Shown in pieces: positions 61,625 through 64,000 of a DNA stretch of 64,000 nucleotides (the stretch's first letter is position 1; each line of letters opens with the position of its first letter). The notes below the pieces were generated by a model. It was not told the DNA's origin. It did not search any database and saw only the letters and a list, made by a program, of their open reading frames with translations. Made by a program: the position numbers and the translations under genes. The stretch comes from a candidate division FCPU426 bacterium. GTDB taxonomy: Bacteria > Oederibacteriota > Muellerivitia > Muellerivitales > Muellerivitaceae. The DNA is taken from NCBI GenBank assembly GCA_963796105.1, contig CAWCKJ010000006.1:96001-160000 (forward strand), given 5' to 3'.

Positions 61625-62770
61625 TTGAAACACTCGCTAATTTTAGTTTTGACCTTTTGCCTGGCATTGTTGGAGTGTTCGGCCAATGCCCAGGAATTCT
61701 ACCGGTTCCGTATCCCTGAGGGATGGACCGACCTTTCACCCGGTTCCCAGCCAGTAAGCCTAGTATTACCCAAATTACTCGAGGATATGCGCAAAACGCA
61801 GGTTTATCCCGTTCTCGCCTTGAATCCCCGAACCCTTCGCAACAAGGTGGTTGAGTACATGGATGTGGCGCTTTTTCCCATACCCCCTGATATAAGTTTC
61901 CAGGATTTTCTGGGCAAAATCGCGGATGACCTTTCGACTGCGTCAACGGGCGCGCCTGTGGGTATGAAACTGCTGGATAGCAGACCCGCCACATTGGAGG
62001 GAGAGCCGGCCTTGCGGTTGGTGCTTGGACAGCAGAACGGGAGTTATAAAACCGACAAATGCCTGAGGTATTTTCTCCCCGGGGGGAAGGATTTTTGCGT
62101 TCTGGTGACCTTTGTCGCTTCCGCTTTCAGGTTTGACCTGGAATCGCCGGATTGGGACGCTTTGGTGGAACAAACTGTCCTGGATGGTTATTTGAGAAAT
62201 CCCCAGGCTTTTCCATGGGGGAGATGCCTAGGCCTGGTTTTTTTCTTGGCCGCCTTGTTATTTCTCATCCCCTTAGTTTTCCCACGCCAGGTGGTTCCGG
62301 GAACTGACAAGCCAAAACTCATGCCCTGGAGCGCGCGGATCGCTATTTTTGGAACGGCTTGGATTCTGGCCATGCAAATTTGGCCTTTTTTAACCAGCCC
62401 GGAAGGATCACCGGGGGTCTCGACCTTAGGGGTGATCCCGGTCGCCCTTTGGGTGGTGTTATTGGCCGGAACCCTCAGGGGAAACAGGCTCGCCTGGTTT
62501 GCCAACCGCCTGTTGTGCCTGCTGACGGGTGCTTTGATAATATTTCAAATCCTCCAACCTGTTGTGAAGGGCGCGGGAAATATTTCCGAGGCTCTCCAAC
62601 TTTTGCTTGTCCATGTCATGGATCTGGCGGTTGTTTTCTTGATTTTAGGTTCTCAATCAGCCAGGCGTTTTTACGACCTGGCCTGCCTGAAATGCGGATC
62701 GACCAAAGTATGGCCTGCCGATTGGATTTTCAGGAAGATTCGCTGCGGAAAATGCGGCAACATTCAGTGA
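61625..62770 (+). CDS. membrane protein: exported domain, ~5 TMs and C-terminal zinc ribbon
   Basis: signal peptide, IPEGW motif, hydrophobic helices, CLKC...CGKC. Confidence 0.65.
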   Translation: MKHSLILVLTFCLALLECSANAQEFYRFRIPEGWTDLSPGSQPVSLVLPKLLEDMRKTQVYPVLALNPRTLRNKVVEYMDVALFPIPPDISFQDFLGKIADDLSTASTGAPVGMKLLDSRPATLEGEPALRLVLGQQNGSYKTDKCLRYFLPGGKDFCVLVTFVASAFRFDLESPDWDALVEQTVLDGYLRNPQAFPWGRCLGLVFFLAALLFLIPLVFPRQVVPGTDKPKLMPWSARIAIFGTAWILAMQIWPFLTSPEGSPGVSTLGVIPVALWVVLLAGTLRGNRLAWFANRLLCLLTGALIIFQILQPVVKGAGNISEALQLLLVHVMDLAVVFLILGSQSARRFYDLACLKCGSTKVWPADWIFRKIRCGKCGNIQ

Positions 62771-62794
62771 AAAAACCGAAGTTGGGTTTTACTT

Positions 62795-62983
62795 TTACGA
62801 ATGGCACTTCACGAAATTCCTGATGGAACGGTCGTACGTGCCCTCGGACTTGGCGTCAAAGAAACAGCCTGGAAGTTCACCGTTGCGCCTGTGATAGGCG
62901 ACGCAATCGCAGCATTTCCCCCGCCGTTCGCAGTCGTAGGTGCAGGTGCAGTTCTTCAGGTTCGCCTTTTGGGTGCATTCCAT
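62795..62983 (-). CDS. small Cys-rich protein (DUF6485-like)
   Basis: MECTQ..N...CTCTY.C.R.GKCCDCVAYH...ELPGCFF...E.TYDRS; AAGGAG RBS before ATG 62983. Confidence 0.82.
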   Translation of the reverse strand: MECTQKANLKNCTCTYDCERRGKCCDCVAYHRRNGELPGCFFDAKSEGTYDRSIRNFVKCHS

Positions 62984-63015
62984 AATCATCTCCTTCGTTA
63001 AAAGTTCCGGGTGGT

Positions 63016-63816
63016 TTACCCTAACACGGCTTCCGGCAAATCCCTTTTCGGCTTGCCCACCATTTCCAGGGCCTCGTTCATGACCGCCAAGTGTTTGGAA
63101 GGCACGGGCCATCTTTCCCTCACGCCGTCCCCGAATTCCATAGCGCCGACTTTCAGGCCTGGGGAAGTATAGGTCAGATGGAGAATCTGCTTGTGGTCGG
63201 GAGCGCTTAAGACCTGGGGGTTTTCAAGGAAGTTCCATTTTTCCCATTCCTTTTTACCGGCCCACTTGATCCGGTAAACAGCCACTTGGACCGCCTTATT
63301 TCCGCTGTTATAGAGGGTGAAATCCAGGAAAACGCTTGTGACCAGGTTGGAATTGGACAGGTTTTGCTGTCTCAATAAAAAAGTGACGACGGACCGGGAC
63401 CTGTGCGTGTATGTCCAAAAGAGGGTCCAAACGAGGGTGAGGATGGAAACGGCGATGGAAACGAAAGCCAATTTATCCCGGAGGGAAATGGAGCCGGCCG
63501 GGATCCAGGGGCTGGAAGACTCGATGCGCTTGACGAATTTCTTGAGTTCGGGATTGTCGGGGTGGAGCGCGAGGCTTTGTTTCATAGCCACCAGGGCTTC
63601 GGTGCGGTTGGAATTCAGGAAATAGGTCTCGCCCAGGTACTCATAGGCTTGCCAGTAATCAGGCTGCACTTTCAGCGCCGAGTTGAAGTAACGGATGGCC
63701 TTGTCGTAATCCGCCTTTTTAAGCATCGCCAGTCCGCCATTGAAGTAATCCTGCGCCGCGGCACAGAAGGCAAGGCCTGGAACAAGGAGAAAGGCGGTGA
63801 TAAGAATTCTTTTCAT
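63016..63816 (-). CDS. TPR protein with signal peptide and one TM
   Basis: signal peptide, TPR repeats, central TM; GAGG RBS. Confidence 0.78.
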   Translation of the reverse strand: MKRILITAFLLVPGLAFCAAAQDYFNGGLAMLKKADYDKAIRYFNSALKVQPDYWQAYEYLGETYFLNSNRTEALVAMKQSLALHPDNPELKKFVKRIESSSPWIPAGSISLRDKLAFVSIAVSILTLVWTLFWTYTHRSRSVVTFLLRQQNLSNSNLVTSVFLDFTLYNSGNKAVQVAVYRIKWAGKKEWEKWNFLENPQVLSAPDHKQILHLTYTSPGLKVGAMEFGDGVRERWPVPSKHLAVMNEALEMVGKPKRDLPEAVLG

Positions 63817-64000
63817 GGTTTCCTCAAGGCTTTTTTAGAGGTTGTTATTTTACAACCGGAGCAGAAATGTTGAGGTCATTTGTTTTTTAGTTTATTACGT
63901 TATTCCATGATCGTGGATTAATGGTATTTTATTGGATTTTTTAGGATTTTCCGGGGTTGGTTAAGTGGCTGAAAACGATCCATTGATTGGACGATGGCAT

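Noticed and set aside
62984..63112. N-terminal extension of the 105-aa ORF
   Set aside because: Overlaps the upstream gene; a strong RBS supports ATG 62983

Overview
Bacterial chromosomal window. Housekeeping genes: CIRCE-controlled groES-groEL (groEL has two +1 frameshifts, probably consensus errors), a DUF58-BatA/B/C/D-MoxR cluster, yicC-gmk-rpoZ-coaBC-udg and gltX. Three secreted Pro/Thr-linker proteins end in FlgD-Ig/T9SS-CTD-like domains: a 3065-aa giant with exact 720-bp internal repeats coupled to a PorV-like gene, a DUF11/Cys-rich protein, and an SBBP beta-propeller protein split by an IS1595 element with an 8-bp target duplication. The most notable structure is a ~10 kb element integrated at the 3' end of tRNA-Gln(CTG), bounded by CCAGCCATTT at 33522-33531 and 43551-43560. 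The att core lies inside the C-terminal coding region of its large serine recombinase. When integrated the enzyme ends ...KWLGD*, read antisense from the tRNA. The displaced tail (...KWLAFMDTFRTFLIQGISA*) sits in frame at the far end, flanked by two further att-arm/tail copies. The element also carries a 59-aa ORF missed by the ORF track, an RHH protein, a membrane-anchored wHTH-like protein, a hierarchical iteron-like array, three helically phased G-tract arrays, and defence-type cargo (MNT-HEPN, type IIG-like RM, and a DUF4062 + HEAT-repeat gene pair). All family calls come from motif recognition by eye; no searches were run.
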